Of a stretch of DNA of 64,000 bases, positions 43,615 to 53,518 are shown one piece after another. The stretch lies in the sequence record OP557969.1; one strand, written 5' to 3'. Positions within the stretch are counted from its first letter, which is position 1. The number at the start of each line of letters is the position of its first letter. A program made the translations under genes and the position numbers. Below the pieces are notes generated by a model, which saw nothing but the letters and a program-made list of their open reading frames with translations, was not told the origin of the DNA and did no database searches.

Positions 43615-44075
43615 TGAAACCTTGGCATTGGATTATCAAAGATGATAAATCTAAAATTATTGAAATGATTGAGTTCTTTAACAAAGAAATTGAAGAGGCT
43701 CGTCGTGAAGTAAAGAAGATTGGCATCATTGAAAAAATTGCTCAAGAGATTCCTGGCTGGCATGAGACGCGTCTAAGCCAGCTTCAAGAACTTGAAGCAG
43801 TATTGGAAATGTTAGAAATTGAAATGCGTCAGATACAAGCCGAGAAGTTCAAATACTTTCTCGAAGGATACCGCCGTGCACTATCTTCATCTGACTGTAA
43901 AAAGTATGTTGAAGGTGATAAAGATGTTTGTGAGTTAGCAGAACTTATAAACGAGGTATCTTATATAAGAAATACATATTCCAGTATTGTTAAATCCTTA
44001 GAGATGAAAGCTTTTCAGTTAAACAATATTGTGAGACTACGTGCCGCTGGTATCGAGGATGCACGTTTAGAATAA
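43614..44075 (+). CDS. uvsY: Recombination mediator, UvsY-like
   Basis: 153-aa helical protein after uvsX; KKYVEGD...LEMKAFQLNNIVRLRAAG resembles UvsY C-terminus. Confidence 0.7.
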   Translation: MKPWHWIIKDDKSKIIEMIEFFNKEIEEARREVKKIGIIEKIAQEIPGWHETRLSQLQELEAVLEMLEIEMRQIQAEKFKYFLEGYRRALSSSDCKKYVEGDKDVCELAELINEVSYIRNTYSSIVKSLEMKAFQLNNIVRLRAAGIEDARLE

Positions 44076-44125
44076 TTATCATTAAGGACGCATATCGCGT
44101 CCTTTTTCTATGTGAGATTAAAAAA

Positions 44126-44944
44126 ATGACAAAATTAAATGAATTCTTATCAAATATAGCAGTTCTTGATACTGAAACCACTGGCGTTGAAAGTGATGAT
44201 GATATTATTGAATTTAGTATCTCATATCCATATACTTCACATGAAAACATTGATACTATTGATAACTATACATTGCGATATAAACCACTGAAAGATATTC
44301 CACCAGAAGCATCGGCTGTTCACTTTATCAGTACTGAGGATGTAGCTAATTGTGTTGGGTATAAAGATGATTTAGATAACATAGATGCACTTATGGGATG
44401 CCGTAAGTATTTTGTTGGTCATAATGTACAATTTGACCGTAGAATGATGGTAGATAATGAATATAAATATCGTAACTCAGTTTCACAGTACTTACTCGAT
44501 GAAGATAAATGGATTTGTACTCTTCGTTTGGCTAAGAAAATGTTTGCAGAAGATACCGAATATAAAAACTTAACTCTAAGTTATTTGTGGTATAAGTTTG
44601 GATGCCATCGAGATGTTCACAGACCTATTAATGCTCACGCGGCAAAAGATGATGTATTCATGTGTTATCAGGTTCTAATCAAATTGGTTGAAATTGCCAT
44701 CGAACGTGGTCATATTGATTCCAATGGGGATATTGGTGAACAAATAGTAGCTTTTTGTAACACCCCAATGCGTTATCAATTCATGCCATTTGGTAAACAT
44801 AAAGGTGAGCCAATGAATACAGTACCATTGAATTACATTGAATGGATGATCACTAATAGTGACATTTTAGATGCAAGTAACCCTAACTGTGATAAAGATT
44901 TAGTATATACATTTGAGTACGAATATAATACTCGAACTAATTAA
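44126..44944 (+). CDS. DEDDh 3'-5' exonuclease (DnaQ/ExoX-like)
   Basis: LDTETTG, GHNVQFD, AHAAKDD; C-terminal MPFGKHKG module. Confidence 0.9.
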   Translation: MTKLNEFLSNIAVLDTETTGVESDDDIIEFSISYPYTSHENIDTIDNYTLRYKPLKDIPPEASAVHFISTEDVANCVGYKDDLDNIDALMGCRKYFVGHNVQFDRRMMVDNEYKYRNSVSQYLLDEDKWICTLRLAKKMFAEDTEYKNLTLSYLWYKFGCHRDVHRPINAHAAKDDVFMCYQVLIKLVEIAIERGHIDSNGDIGEQIVAFCNTPMRYQFMPFGKHKGEPMNTVPLNYIEWMITNSDILDASNPNCDKDLVYTFEYEYNTRTN

Positions 44945-44959
44945 CAAAGGTAATCATGG

Positions 44960-47539
44960 ATGAAAATTTGTAAGTTAACTTTATTGGATGAGGTGAATTG
45001 TAAATTTGAGGGACTAGATCCCTCAATTCGACAAAAGATGATTCGTGCAACTGAATATGTGCTACCATATGCAAAGTTTACACCAGCAGGTCGTATTGGG
45101 CGTTGGGATGGTAAAGTACAATTCATGAACTTAGGTGGAAGCACATACTTTCATATGCTTGATAAACTTTTACCTATTCTTGACGAAGCTAATATTGATA
45201 TTGAATTAGAAGATCATAGACTAAATTACGGTTTCGAATTTGAACCAATTGATGAAAATATTTTTAGCGATGTTGTTTTTGGTCCTGGACACCACATGGA
45301 AGGTAAAAGTATTATCCTACGTGAACATCAGGTAAATGCAGTAAATTCGTGTTTAGCTAACCCACATGGGTTGGTTCTGGCAGCAACTGGTGCAGGAAAA
45401 GCCCAGCCACTTGATGAACCAGTTCTTACCATTAATGGATGGAAACGAATGGGTGACATAAAAGTTGGCGATATAGTAAAATGTCCTGATGGAACAAATG
45501 CTCCCGTCCTTGGTGTATATCCACAGGGAATTAAACCAACAGTACGAATGACATTCTCGGATGGACGAAGTGTCGAATGTTGTGATGAACATTTATGGAA
45601 TATATATAGTATTGCTGGTGAAAAAAACCCTGAAAAACGATGGAGAAACCTTTCTGTTAAAGAAATCATTGAATTACAAAATAAACAAAAACGTCCAGTA
45701 TATATTAAAACAATCACTGGTGATATTTTTGAAGAAAAAGAATTACCAATACATCCATATATTTTAGGTGTATTACTCGGTGATGGATGTTTAAGAAATG
45801 GTAATATAATGTTATCAAGTTCAGATGAATTTGTTATTGATAAGGTATCTTCATTATTACCTGATGGTTATATTATCAAGAAAAAACAATCATCAAAATA
45901 TGATTATAGTATTGTCATGGATGATACAAAAAAGAAAGAATATTTATGTAAAAATAATAAAGAAAGATATAACGAACTTAGGGTTATTTTGGAAGAACTT
46001 GGAATTTATAATAAGTATTCATATGAAAAGTTTATCCCTGAAATTTACAAAATGTCATCAATTGAACAACGTCTGCAACTCATTCAAGGATTAATTGACA
46101 CGGATGGTTATGTTGATAAAAGATTAAAAAACGGAAAGTCCCGAAATGTGGTGGAATTTTGTAGTACATCAGAAAAATTGGTTGATGATTTGAAAGATAT
46201 AATGAATAGTTTAGGTGGTTACGGTATTAAAAAATCTAAACAAACTTATTATACCTATGCAGGGGTAAAACAAAAAGGTCGCCCAAGTTTTAAAATGAGA
46301 ATTGATTATAATAATCTTAATGCCTTGGCTAGTTTACCTCGCAAAAAAGACTTTTTATATTCAGAAAGAAATCGTGTTGAAAATAAACTAAAAATTGAAA
46401 AAATTGAATATATTGAAGATAAAGAATGTCAATGTATCTATATTGATCATCCAGAACATCTATATATTACCAGAGATTATATCGTAACACACAATACAAT
46501 TATTTGTGCTGCTTTGGCGAAATCGGTACAAAAATATGGACGTTCTGTTATCATTGTCCCCAGCACTGACCTAGTACAACAAACATATGATGATTACATT
46601 ATGTGTGGATTAGATGCTGGTATGTTCTATGGTGCACAGAAAGATTTTGGTCATCAACATACTATTACTACTTGGCAATCATTTAACTCTCTATGGAAGA
46701 AAACCAAAAAAGGTGAAATTGAATTAACAGAACAAGACGTAAATGATTTTATTGATGGGGTAGTTTGTGTTATAGTTGATGAGTGTCAAGGTGCTGGTGG
46801 TGATGCATTAGTTCAAGTACTATCTAAAGTTATGAACAACGTACCATTGCGTTGGGGTCTTACTGGTACAATTCCGAAAGATCCGGTTGTTGCAGCGAAA
46901 ATCAAATGTAATGTTGGTGATGTTATATATAAAATCACTGCAAAGGAATTACAAGATAAAAAGATACTAAGTACATGTAATGTGAATTGCATTAAACTAA
47001 AAAGTAGTATGAAGTTTGCATCATATGCTGAAGAGTTGAAATACTTAGTAACTGACAGAGATAGAATGGCATATGTAGCGTCATTGATATCTGCGTTATC
47101 TGAATCAGGAAACACTTTAGTTTTAGTAGATAGACTTGAAGCAGGTGAGTTGCTATGTGAATTTTTAGGCATTCCCAAATCAGAATTCGTTCGTGGAGAA
47201 ACTAAAAAGAAAGATCGAGAATCATCTTATGGTGAAATTCGTTGGGCTGATAATAAAATACTTATTGCGACATACGGCGTTGCCAGTACTGGTATCAGTA
47301 TTTCAAGGCTATACAATGTAGTATTGATTGAACCTGGAAAAAGTTTCGTAAGAACTATACAATCAATCGGACGTGGATTACGCCGTGCTGAAGACAAAGA
47401 CCATGTTGAAATATATGACATTAGTGGTTCTAATAAGTATAGTGCAAAGCATTTACGTGAGCGTCTCGCTTACTATAAGGAAGCACAATATCCTCATACA
47501 GTAATAGACGTTAAAGATTGGGAAAACACAGCGGGATAA
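44960..47539 (+). CDS. uvsW: Superfamily 2 helicase UvsW with intein
   Basis: LREHQ, ATGAGK|intein|T, VDECQ, GLTGT, QSIGRGLR. Confidence 0.93.
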   Translation: MKICKLTLLDEVNCKFEGLDPSIRQKMIRATEYVLPYAKFTPAGRIGRWDGKVQFMNLGGSTYFHMLDKLLPILDEANIDIELEDHRLNYGFEFEPIDENIFSDVVFGPGHHMEGKSIILREHQVNAVNSCLANPHGLVLAATGAGKAQPLDEPVLTINGWKRMGDIKVGDIVKCPDGTNAPVLGVYPQGIKPTVRMTFSDGRSVECCDEHLWNIYSIAGEKNPEKRWRNLSVKEIIELQNKQKRPVYIKTITGDIFEEKELPIHPYILGVLLGDGCLRNGNIMLSSSDEFVIDKVSSLLPDGYIIKKKQSSKYDYSIVMDDTKKKEYLCKNNKERYNELRVILEELGIYNKYSYEKFIPEIYKMSSIEQRLQLIQGLIDTDGYVDKRLKNGKSRNVVEFCSTSEKLVDDLKDIMNSLGGYGIKKSKQTYYTYAGVKQKGRPSFKMRIDYNNLNALASLPRKKDFLYSERNRVENKLKIEKIEYIEDKECQCIYIDHPEHLYITRDYIVTHNTIICAALAKSVQKYGRSVIIVPSTDLVQQTYDDYIMCGLDAGMFYGAQKDFGHQHTITTWQSFNSLWKKTKKGEIELTEQDVNDFIDGVVCVIVDECQGAGGDALVQVLSKVMNNVPLRWGLTGTIPKDPVVAAKIKCNVGDVIYKITAKELQDKKILSTCNVNCIKLKSSMKFASYAEELKYLVTDRDRMAYVASLISALSESGNTLVLVDRLEAGELLCEFLGIPKSEFVRGETKKKDRESSYGEIRWADNKILIATYGVASTGISISRLYNVVLIEPGKSFVRTIQSIGRGLRRAEDKDHVEIYDISGSNKYSAKHLRERLAYYKEAQYPHTVIDVKDWENTAG
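45401..46495 (+). mobile_element. Intein (365 aa) with LAGLIDADG endonuclease in the UvsW Walker A motif
   Basis: Starts AQPLDEPVLT, block B CCDEHLW, ILGVLLGDG and LIQGLIDTDG, ends CQCIYI...VTHN before T(+1). Confidence 0.93.
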
Positions 47540-47560
47540 TCCCGCTGTTTATGATATAAT
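47532..47560 (+). promoter_or_regulatory. Promoter CGGGATA-N16-TATAAT overlapping the uvsW terminator hairpin
   Basis: TGA-TATAAT at 47552-47560; hairpin CAGCGGGA-TAA-TCCCGCTG at 47529-47547. Confidence 0.5.
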
Positions 47561-47567
47561 ATGACAT

Positions 47568-48020
47568 ATGACAACAACAAGGATGTATAATAAAATGGAA
47601 TTAAGATCTAGTATTGCTTTTATCTGTGACCAAGAAACGTTAGATGTTATTGATGTATTGTTGAATGATGATGGTATCATGGATGATATGGTGTCTTCTC
47701 TTGACTATATCCCTGAACTAGAAACTGATGATACTAATGTATGGAGGTGTAACATTGATAGTGATTCTTGGATTAATATCTATGAATTGCAATCACGAAT
47801 TGATTCTAAAGTCGAATCATTAAAATATGATATAATCTATGCCAGTACTGACACGAAAACTTTCATCGATGTTGTAAGTCTAAGTGGTAATTTTGATTCA
47901 TATCTGGATACTGATGTTGATAAAATTCAAGAGATGTGTGAAACTTATGGACTTGAATTTTATGGACAAGAAGAACTGGATGATGAAGATTATTATGATG
48001 ATGAAGATTCGCAGTATTAA
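47568..48020 (+). CDS. Acidic hypothetical protein
   Basis: Up to 150 aa; true start may be a downstream ATG after AAGGA. Confidence 0.7.
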   Translation: MTTTRMYNKMELRSSIAFICDQETLDVIDVLLNDDGIMDDMVSSLDYIPELETDDTNVWRCNIDSDSWINIYELQSRIDSKVESLKYDIIYASTDTKTFIDVVSLSGNFDSYLDTDVDKIQEMCETYGLEFYGQEELDDEDYYDDEDSQY

Positions 48021-48029
48021 GGAGATAAC

Positions 48030-48527
48030 ATGAACGTACTAACACCCGAAAATGTTTCGTTTGATATGGATTTAGTGACAGAACATATCCCCGAAGAAAT
48101 GTATTGTGTTTTGGACCTAAGTCCCAATGGTGAATCTGATTTTTATTTTAGACATATTTTAAACACGGTGTCATTTAATAGTATCAGTGCTGACCTCCAG
48201 ATTGGTGAAAAAGTTATTCAAGTCCCGTTAGGTTGGCAAATTATGTTAGGTGATGAAGATACTGGTATGGTTGAGATGTGTACAATTGAAAACATTCTTA
48301 ACATGAAAGAACCAAAAGCTTTTGTTTACAATCCTATCCGTTCAATGTATCCTAAGTTTGAACCAGTAAAAGTTCTACGTGTATTTGCATTAACTACAAA
48401 GTGGCAAATTCCAATGTTACCTAAGAAGAATTTATTATGTGTACCATTGAATGGTGGTGAAAATCCACCATGTGTGTACTTTGCTGATGAAAATGAAAAA
48501 ATTCAAGATTTATATCTAGGAGTATAA
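48030..48527 (+). CDS. Hypothetical protein
   Basis: 165 aa, AAGGAG RBS; function not recognised. Confidence 0.75.
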   Translation: MNVLTPENVSFDMDLVTEHIPEEMYCVLDLSPNGESDFYFRHILNTVSFNSISADLQIGEKVIQVPLGWQIMLGDEDTGMVEMCTIENILNMKEPKAFVYNPIRSMYPKFEPVKVLRVFALTTKWQIPMLPKKNLLCVPLNGGENPPCVYFADENEKIQDLYLGV

Positions 48528-48531
48528 AATA

Positions 48532-49377
48532 GTGTTTGATTTCAGTGATATTAAAAATAAGTCAGTCGATGATGATAATAAACCAACCCAGCATTCTTTT
48601 TCTATTGCTGAATTTCTAAAACACATTGACCGTGCAGATTATAAGTTCTATAATGAACTGACGGAAAAAGAACAAAAAGAGTTTACGCCATATACTGTAT
48701 TACGTTGGGTAAGCTCTTTGGATGATTCACTACAAGTCACATATCCCAGTAGTAAAGTTGAAAGTGTATTTGGTAAATGGAAAGCTGGTGGTAAAGAAGC
48801 ACTAACTGAACTAGTAACTGAATTAAAGGCTTCTGGGACTAAGGTTTCATCAGTGACGAAGTACTGTCATGGTGATTATGATTGGCGTATTAAATTTGCA
48901 GTCCAATCAAAAGATGATGCACATAAATTAATATCATCAATGATGGAATTTGGTGTCTCTGGTTCTGAAATTATTTCATTAGTAGATACTGAAGTAGTGA
49001 AATACCAACTTATTATGCTAAATGATATGGTTAATGATGGTTTCTGGGATATGAAAGAACATCCAGAATTAGTATATCAGCTTATGTGTTCTGTACATGA
49101 TATGATTGGTGCACAAGAAATGCCACGTAATTGGTTGAATTTTTCTAAAAATTTCAAAAAGGCAAATAATGAATTATTTGATTTGATTAAAAATTCACAG
49201 CCTGATACTATCGCTACTCAAATGAATGAAGATGAGTACAAGATTGTTTTATTACAGTATGATAAAAAAACATTTGAAACATTTCTTGACAATAATGGTT
49301 TTCAAGATAATGAAAAGAAATCTATGATGAAATTATTTAAAGAAGAATGTAAAAAATATGGCAAAGAAATCAAATAA
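48532..49377 (+). CDS. Possible clamp-loader small subunit (gp62-like) with an internal insertion
   Basis: FLKHID...FTPYTVLRWVSS...LNDMVN...HPEL pattern resembles gp62-like proteins. Confidence 0.4.
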   Translation: MFDFSDIKNKSVDDDNKPTQHSFSIAEFLKHIDRADYKFYNELTEKEQKEFTPYTVLRWVSSLDDSLQVTYPSSKVESVFGKWKAGGKEALTELVTELKASGTKVSSVTKYCHGDYDWRIKFAVQSKDDAHKLISSMMEFGVSGSEIISLVDTEVVKYQLIMLNDMVNDGFWDMKEHPELVYQLMCSVHDMIGAQEMPRNWLNFSKNFKKANNELFDLIKNSQPDTIATQMNEDEYKIVLLQYDKKTFETFLDNNGFQDNEKKSMMKLFKEECKKYGKEIK

Positions 49378-50068
49378 ACAAGTATATACGTGTAAATTTT
49401 GTGATCGTGAATTTAAGCGAGAAGAAACAGTACAGACACATAAATGCATAAAACGTGACAGATACGAAAATAGACAAAGCCGCCAGATGATGGAGGCGTT
49501 TCGTATCTATATGCAATTTATGGAATTGAACAAATTTACATTTAAAAAAGGCGTAGAGCCTTTTATTGCTTTTATAAAGTCAAAGTACTTTAACGATTTT
49601 TATAGTTTTGCTGAATACTATTTGAATAATAGAGATATTATTAATGTTGACGAGTTTGTAAAGTACTTAATTATTAATAACAGACCAATTACAGAATGGA
49701 GTACTTACAAAGCAAAAGATGAATGGATATTAAAAACGATTCGTTCTGAGCATCCAAAAGAAGCGATTGCAAGAAGTGTGATATCGTTGGTTGAATGGGC
49801 TGAAAAATTGAATGTACAATGGAATACTTTCTTTGAAAATGTGAGTTCTGCCCGTGCAATTGCATGGATTGAGAGTGGGAAAATATCACCATGGATCATT
49901 TGGTTATCTCCAAAACAAAGTACTAATACATTTTTTAAAAAGCTATCAAACTCAGAAATTGAATACATACTTAAATACATTGATCCAAGTTATTTTGAAA
50001 TTAAAACGATCAAATATAAAACGGATTGCGATGAAATTAAGAGTATGCTACGTGAGGCAGGATTATGA
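49358..50068 (+). CDS. Hypothetical protein with an N-terminal C2H-type zinc finger
   Basis: YTCKFCDREFKREETVQTHKC. Confidence 0.65.
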   Translation: MAKKSNKQVYTCKFCDREFKREETVQTHKCIKRDRYENRQSRQMMEAFRIYMQFMELNKFTFKKGVEPFIAFIKSKYFNDFYSFAEYYLNNRDIINVDEFVKYLIINNRPITEWSTYKAKDEWILKTIRSEHPKEAIARSVISLVEWAEKLNVQWNTFFENVSSARAIAWIESGKISPWIIWLSPKQSTNTFFKKLSNSEIEYILKYIDPSYFEIKTIKYKTDCDEIKSMLREAGL

Positions 50069-50394
50069 ATGGAAAAAGTATATATAATAAAATACCAGAA
50101 GGGTATGTACCTGTACCAAAAGAACAAAAAACAAAACAAATATCTCTTCTTAGACAAGGATCTATTACTGAAATAACTTTGGATGGTAAAACATTTCAAG
50201 TTCATGATCCCGCTCGTGTTGAAAAAATAATTTCTTTAGTAGAACGACATGAAGAACGTTTTTTTAGTTTAAGTCAGGAGTTAGCAAAGACGAAACAAAA
50301 TTATAAAATATTAGAGAATCAAATAACCACCTTGACTAATACCGTTAAACAGTTACAGGAGCAAGTAAAAAATGCAGGATTCGACAGATTCTAA
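50065..50394 (+). CDS. Hypothetical coiled-coil protein
   Basis: 109 aa with a C-terminal heptad pattern; overlaps both neighbours. Confidence 0.7.
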   Translation: MNGKSIYNKIPEGYVPVPKEQKTKQISLLRQGSITEITLDGKTFQVHDPARVEKIISLVERHEERFFSLSQELAKTKQNYKILENQITTLTNTVKQLQEQVKNAGFDRF

Positions 50395-51010
50395 ACATTA
50401 CAGAAAAGCCAGAACTGATATTGATATTGACTTCAAGGATAGTAAAAGCGTCATCGCTAAACTTCCATGCGTGCGAAGTACTGAGAAAATTACTGAGGAT
50501 GGTTTAATCCCACACAATAGTGGTGTTCATTTTGATAATATACCAATTGACCCAATCACTGGATTGGCGAGTATACAATATAAAGAAGCTGAAAGGTTAG
50601 GGTATCAAAAAGTTGATATTCTTTCACAGTCAGCTTACATGTATGTTCGCGATAGAGAGCATTTAAAAGAACTAATGAATCAGGAACCGAATTGGGATCT
50701 TTTACTAGAACCCGAAATTGTAGAGCATCTTTCGCAAATTAAAAAACACGTAACTTTATTAAATGTATGGAAGCCTAAATCAATTGACGAACTTGCAATG
50801 TTTATTGCTATGATTCGACCAGGAAAAAGGCAGTGCCAAAGTATGAACACATGGGACGAAGTAAAAGCCACCATATGGGATTATAGTACTATTGGCACTG
50901 ACCAATCAGGAAATAAATTGCGATATTTCAAAAAGCCACATGCTTATGCATATAGCTTAATGATTGTAGTCCAACTAAATGCTTTAGTTGAACACCTTAC
51001 TTCTTCTTAA
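50372..51010 (+). CDS. Minimal DNA polymerase III alpha (DnaE/family C)-like catalytic core
   Basis: TDIDIDF, HNSGVHF, GYQKVDIL, KPKSIDELAMFIAMIRPG, YFKKPHAYAY correspond in order to DnaE PDIDIDF, HAGGVVI, GLLKFDFL, P..F.DL.A..AL.RPG, Y.FNKSHA.AY. Confidence 0.8.
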   Translation: MQDSTDSKHYRKARTDIDIDFKDSKSVIAKLPCVRSTEKITEDGLIPHNSGVHFDNIPIDPITGLASIQYKEAERLGYQKVDILSQSAYMYVRDREHLKELMNQEPNWDLLLEPEIVEHLSQIKKHVTLLNVWKPKSIDELAMFIAMIRPGKRQCQSMNTWDEVKATIWDYSTIGTDQSGNKLRYFKKPHAYAYSLMIVVQLNALVEHLTSS

Positions 51011-51350
51011 GTGCCACATTACGACGCTTGATGCGTTTCTGTGGTAAATTGCTTAAAGAAACTTCTGGACCACATACGAAATTCACCGATGGTGTATCAA
51101 ATCTATGTGTATACGGTTCAAATTTCTCCATCTCTTCTTGAAAGAATAGACACACTGGAATGGTTCTATTGCTTTGCCACCACCAATCGTGTGCTATACC
51201 TAACAATTCGTCTTGCATTGACTCATTCATGTCATCGAAACAGTACATAGTAGTATACTGTTTACTTTTGATTTTGATGATACCAATGAACGTTTTACCA
51301 TCATACTGGATTACAGTAATAAATGGTGGAATAGTGTTATATTGATTCAT
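50997..51350 (-). CDS. Hypothetical late protein
   Basis: 117 aa; reverse-strand ATAAATA at 51388-51394; divergent from the next gene. Confidence 0.65.
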   Translation of the reverse strand: MNQYNTIPPFITVIQYDGKTFIGIIKIKSKQYTTMYCFDDMNESMQDELLGIAHDWWWQSNRTIPVCLFFQEEMEKFEPYTHRFDTPSVNFVCGPEVSLSNLPQKRIKRRNVALKKK

Positions 51351-51407
51351 ATTAGTTCCATAAATATTAGTATAAATTTATACCTATTATTTATGGAAGG
51401 AAAAACT

Positions 51408-52385
51408 ATGGCTCATCACGGCGTGTTTATGTACCCTTATAATCAGGAAGTATCATTGGGCAATTTTAATATGCCATATAGCAATGAAAAACTAACTATA
51501 TATAAAGGGGCAAATAATAATTTATCTTTTACTGTTCACAACGCTGATGGAAAGTATACTTTATTGAAAGAAAATGAATATCTTACATTTATGATTTTTG
51601 ATGTACGAAATAATACTAAACTATTTGATGTTGTTTTGGAAAAACAAGAACCAAGTTGGCTATCCGAAAGCGGTCAGGCCCGACAAACATTGGGAAATAA
51701 AAAGAAAGTATATTATGGATGTATTGTTCCAGCAGGTGTTATCCAAGATACCAGTCCTGGTTCCAAATATAGATGGAGTATCACTAAAGTAACAATGGAC
51801 GGTTCACTTGTAGAACCAACGCAATATCTATATACAGGTATGAACTATGAAGCATCAGCAGAGTTAATTATTTCAGACCAAGCTGTACCTGTATTTGTCC
51901 CTAGTACTGAAATATCTGTCAACCAAAATTCTGCATGGACGACTATTAAGCGTTTATATCATGAGCCTATTGGTAATGGTATGATTGGGGAATATGATAT
52001 TCTTGCATCAACACCCCTCCCTGCACAAATGCAGTTTGGATTGGTTGATGGATTGAGTAGTATAGCAATCTATTTTGATAAATTTATTGGTAGGATACAG
52101 CTTCAAGGGTGTTTGTGTAATGACGTACCAAATGATAATGAAAACTATAAATGGTTTATTATTAAATTAGATGGAAAGGATTATATTGAAAATGGGGTGG
52201 ATGTGGAAGGATTTCCAGAAGAACTCGATGGAATTGAAGCATTTAATTTTAAAGGAAATTATATGTGGTTAAGAATTGTAGTAGCTATTCATCCTAAAAC
52301 TGTTCCAGTACCATATGACTATGCTGCTGTGAGAAAAGTGTATGACCCTTTCTTAACTGTACCTAAAATTTTGATTCGCAGGTGA
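51408..52385 (+). CDS. Late hypothetical protein, probable virion component
   Basis: Start MAHHGV (RBS GGAAGG); ATAAATA at 51360; beta-rich sequence. Confidence 0.65.
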   Translation: MAHHGVFMYPYNQEVSLGNFNMPYSNEKLTIYKGANNNLSFTVHNADGKYTLLKENEYLTFMIFDVRNNTKLFDVVLEKQEPSWLSESGQARQTLGNKKKVYYGCIVPAGVIQDTSPGSKYRWSITKVTMDGSLVEPTQYLYTGMNYEASAELIISDQAVPVFVPSTEISVNQNSAWTTIKRLYHEPIGNGMIGEYDILASTPLPAQMQFGLVDGLSSIAIYFDKFIGRIQLQGCLCNDVPNDNENYKWFIIKLDGKDYIENGVDVEGFPEELDGIEAFNFKGNYMWLRIVVAIHPKTVPVPYDYAAVRKVYDPFLTVPKILIRR

Positions 52386-52411
52386 GACAAAACCCGAAGT
52401 TGTGCTATAAT
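52383..52411 (+). promoter_or_regulatory. Early/middle promoter TGAGACA-N16-TATAAT with extended -10
   Basis: TGAGACA 52383-52389, TGC then TATAAT 52406-52411; upstream of primase and helicase. Confidence 0.75.
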
Positions 52412-52440
52412 CATTTGTAAGAAAAGACAAGGATTAACTT

Positions 52441-53496
52441 ATGAACGCTGTACAAAACATAATGGCACAAATAATGAATGACCCAGTACCTGCAATTGGC
52501 ACATGGACACATCACAACTGTCCCGCGTGTGTGTTCAGAGGACATTCGAGGCCGGACATAAAGAACCGTGGTAATCATATGTTCAATGCCGATGGTTCCG
52601 TTTCATATAACTGCTTTAACTGTAGTTTGAAAACTGGCTGGCAACCAGGAAAATATATGAGCAAAGATATGGAGTCTTTGCTCATTTCTTTTGGTGCACA
52701 AGATAAAGAAATTGAATTAGTTAAGTTTTATATTAAAGAAATGGTTGATAGTGGTGAATATGCTACACAAGAAACCGTTGTAACAAAACTATATGACCGA
52801 ATAACGGTACGTGATTTACCATCAAATGCTAAAACATTTTGGGATTGGGCTTCACTACCAGAAGATAAAATTCCGCAAGAATTTTTGAGTGTTTTACATC
52901 ATGTAAATGAAAGAAATCCATATTTGTTGGATTTGGAATTATATTGGTCACCTAATAAAGAACATAAAATGTATGATAGATTTATGATTCCTTATTACAT
53001 GAATGGTAAAATAATTGGTTATGCTGCTAGACATAAATTAAAAGATCCGGGAAGCACATACAGATTTATAAATCAGGTAAGTACTAATATATTGTATAAT
53101 TATGATTTATTGAAAGATGACAGAATAAAAACGATTTTAGTATGTGAAGGGCCGTTGGATGCAGCATTGATGGGCGGTGTATCTGCTAATAACTTTAAAT
53201 TATCAAACTTGCAGATTGACGTATTAAAAGATGCCCAGAAAAAAGGGAAAAGGATAGTTATTGTTCCAGATAGAGACAAAGATGGATTAATAACAATAGA
53301 CCAAGCACTTGAAAATGGATTCAGTGTGTCTTTCCCTGATTTTGGTACAGTAAGAGAAGGTAGTACGATACGTCATATCAAAGATTTTGAAGAGGCGTGT
53401 TCGCGATTTGGTAGGTTATTTTGCTTACAATTAATACATGATAGTATAGTAGATGAGCCATTTTATATTAAAGCTCAAACTGATAAATGGATGTAA
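52441..53496 (+). CDS. gp61: DNA primase, gp61/DnaG-like
   Basis: Zinc ribbon CPAC...YNCFNC; TOPRIM CEGPLDA and PDRDKDG. Confidence 0.88.
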   Translation: MNAVQNIMAQIMNDPVPAIGTWTHHNCPACVFRGHSRPDIKNRGNHMFNADGSVSYNCFNCSLKTGWQPGKYMSKDMESLLISFGAQDKEIELVKFYIKEMVDSGEYATQETVVTKLYDRITVRDLPSNAKTFWDWASLPEDKIPQEFLSVLHHVNERNPYLLDLELYWSPNKEHKMYDRFMIPYYMNGKIIGYAARHKLKDPGSTYRFINQVSTNILYNYDLLKDDRIKTILVCEGPLDAALMGGVSANNFKLSNLQIDVLKDAQKKGKRIVIVPDRDKDGLITIDQALENGFSVSFPDFGTVREGSTIRHIKDFEEACSRFGRLFCLQLIHDSIVDEPFYIKAQTDKWM

Positions 53497-53518
53497 TACA
53501 TATAATGAGGGAACATAG

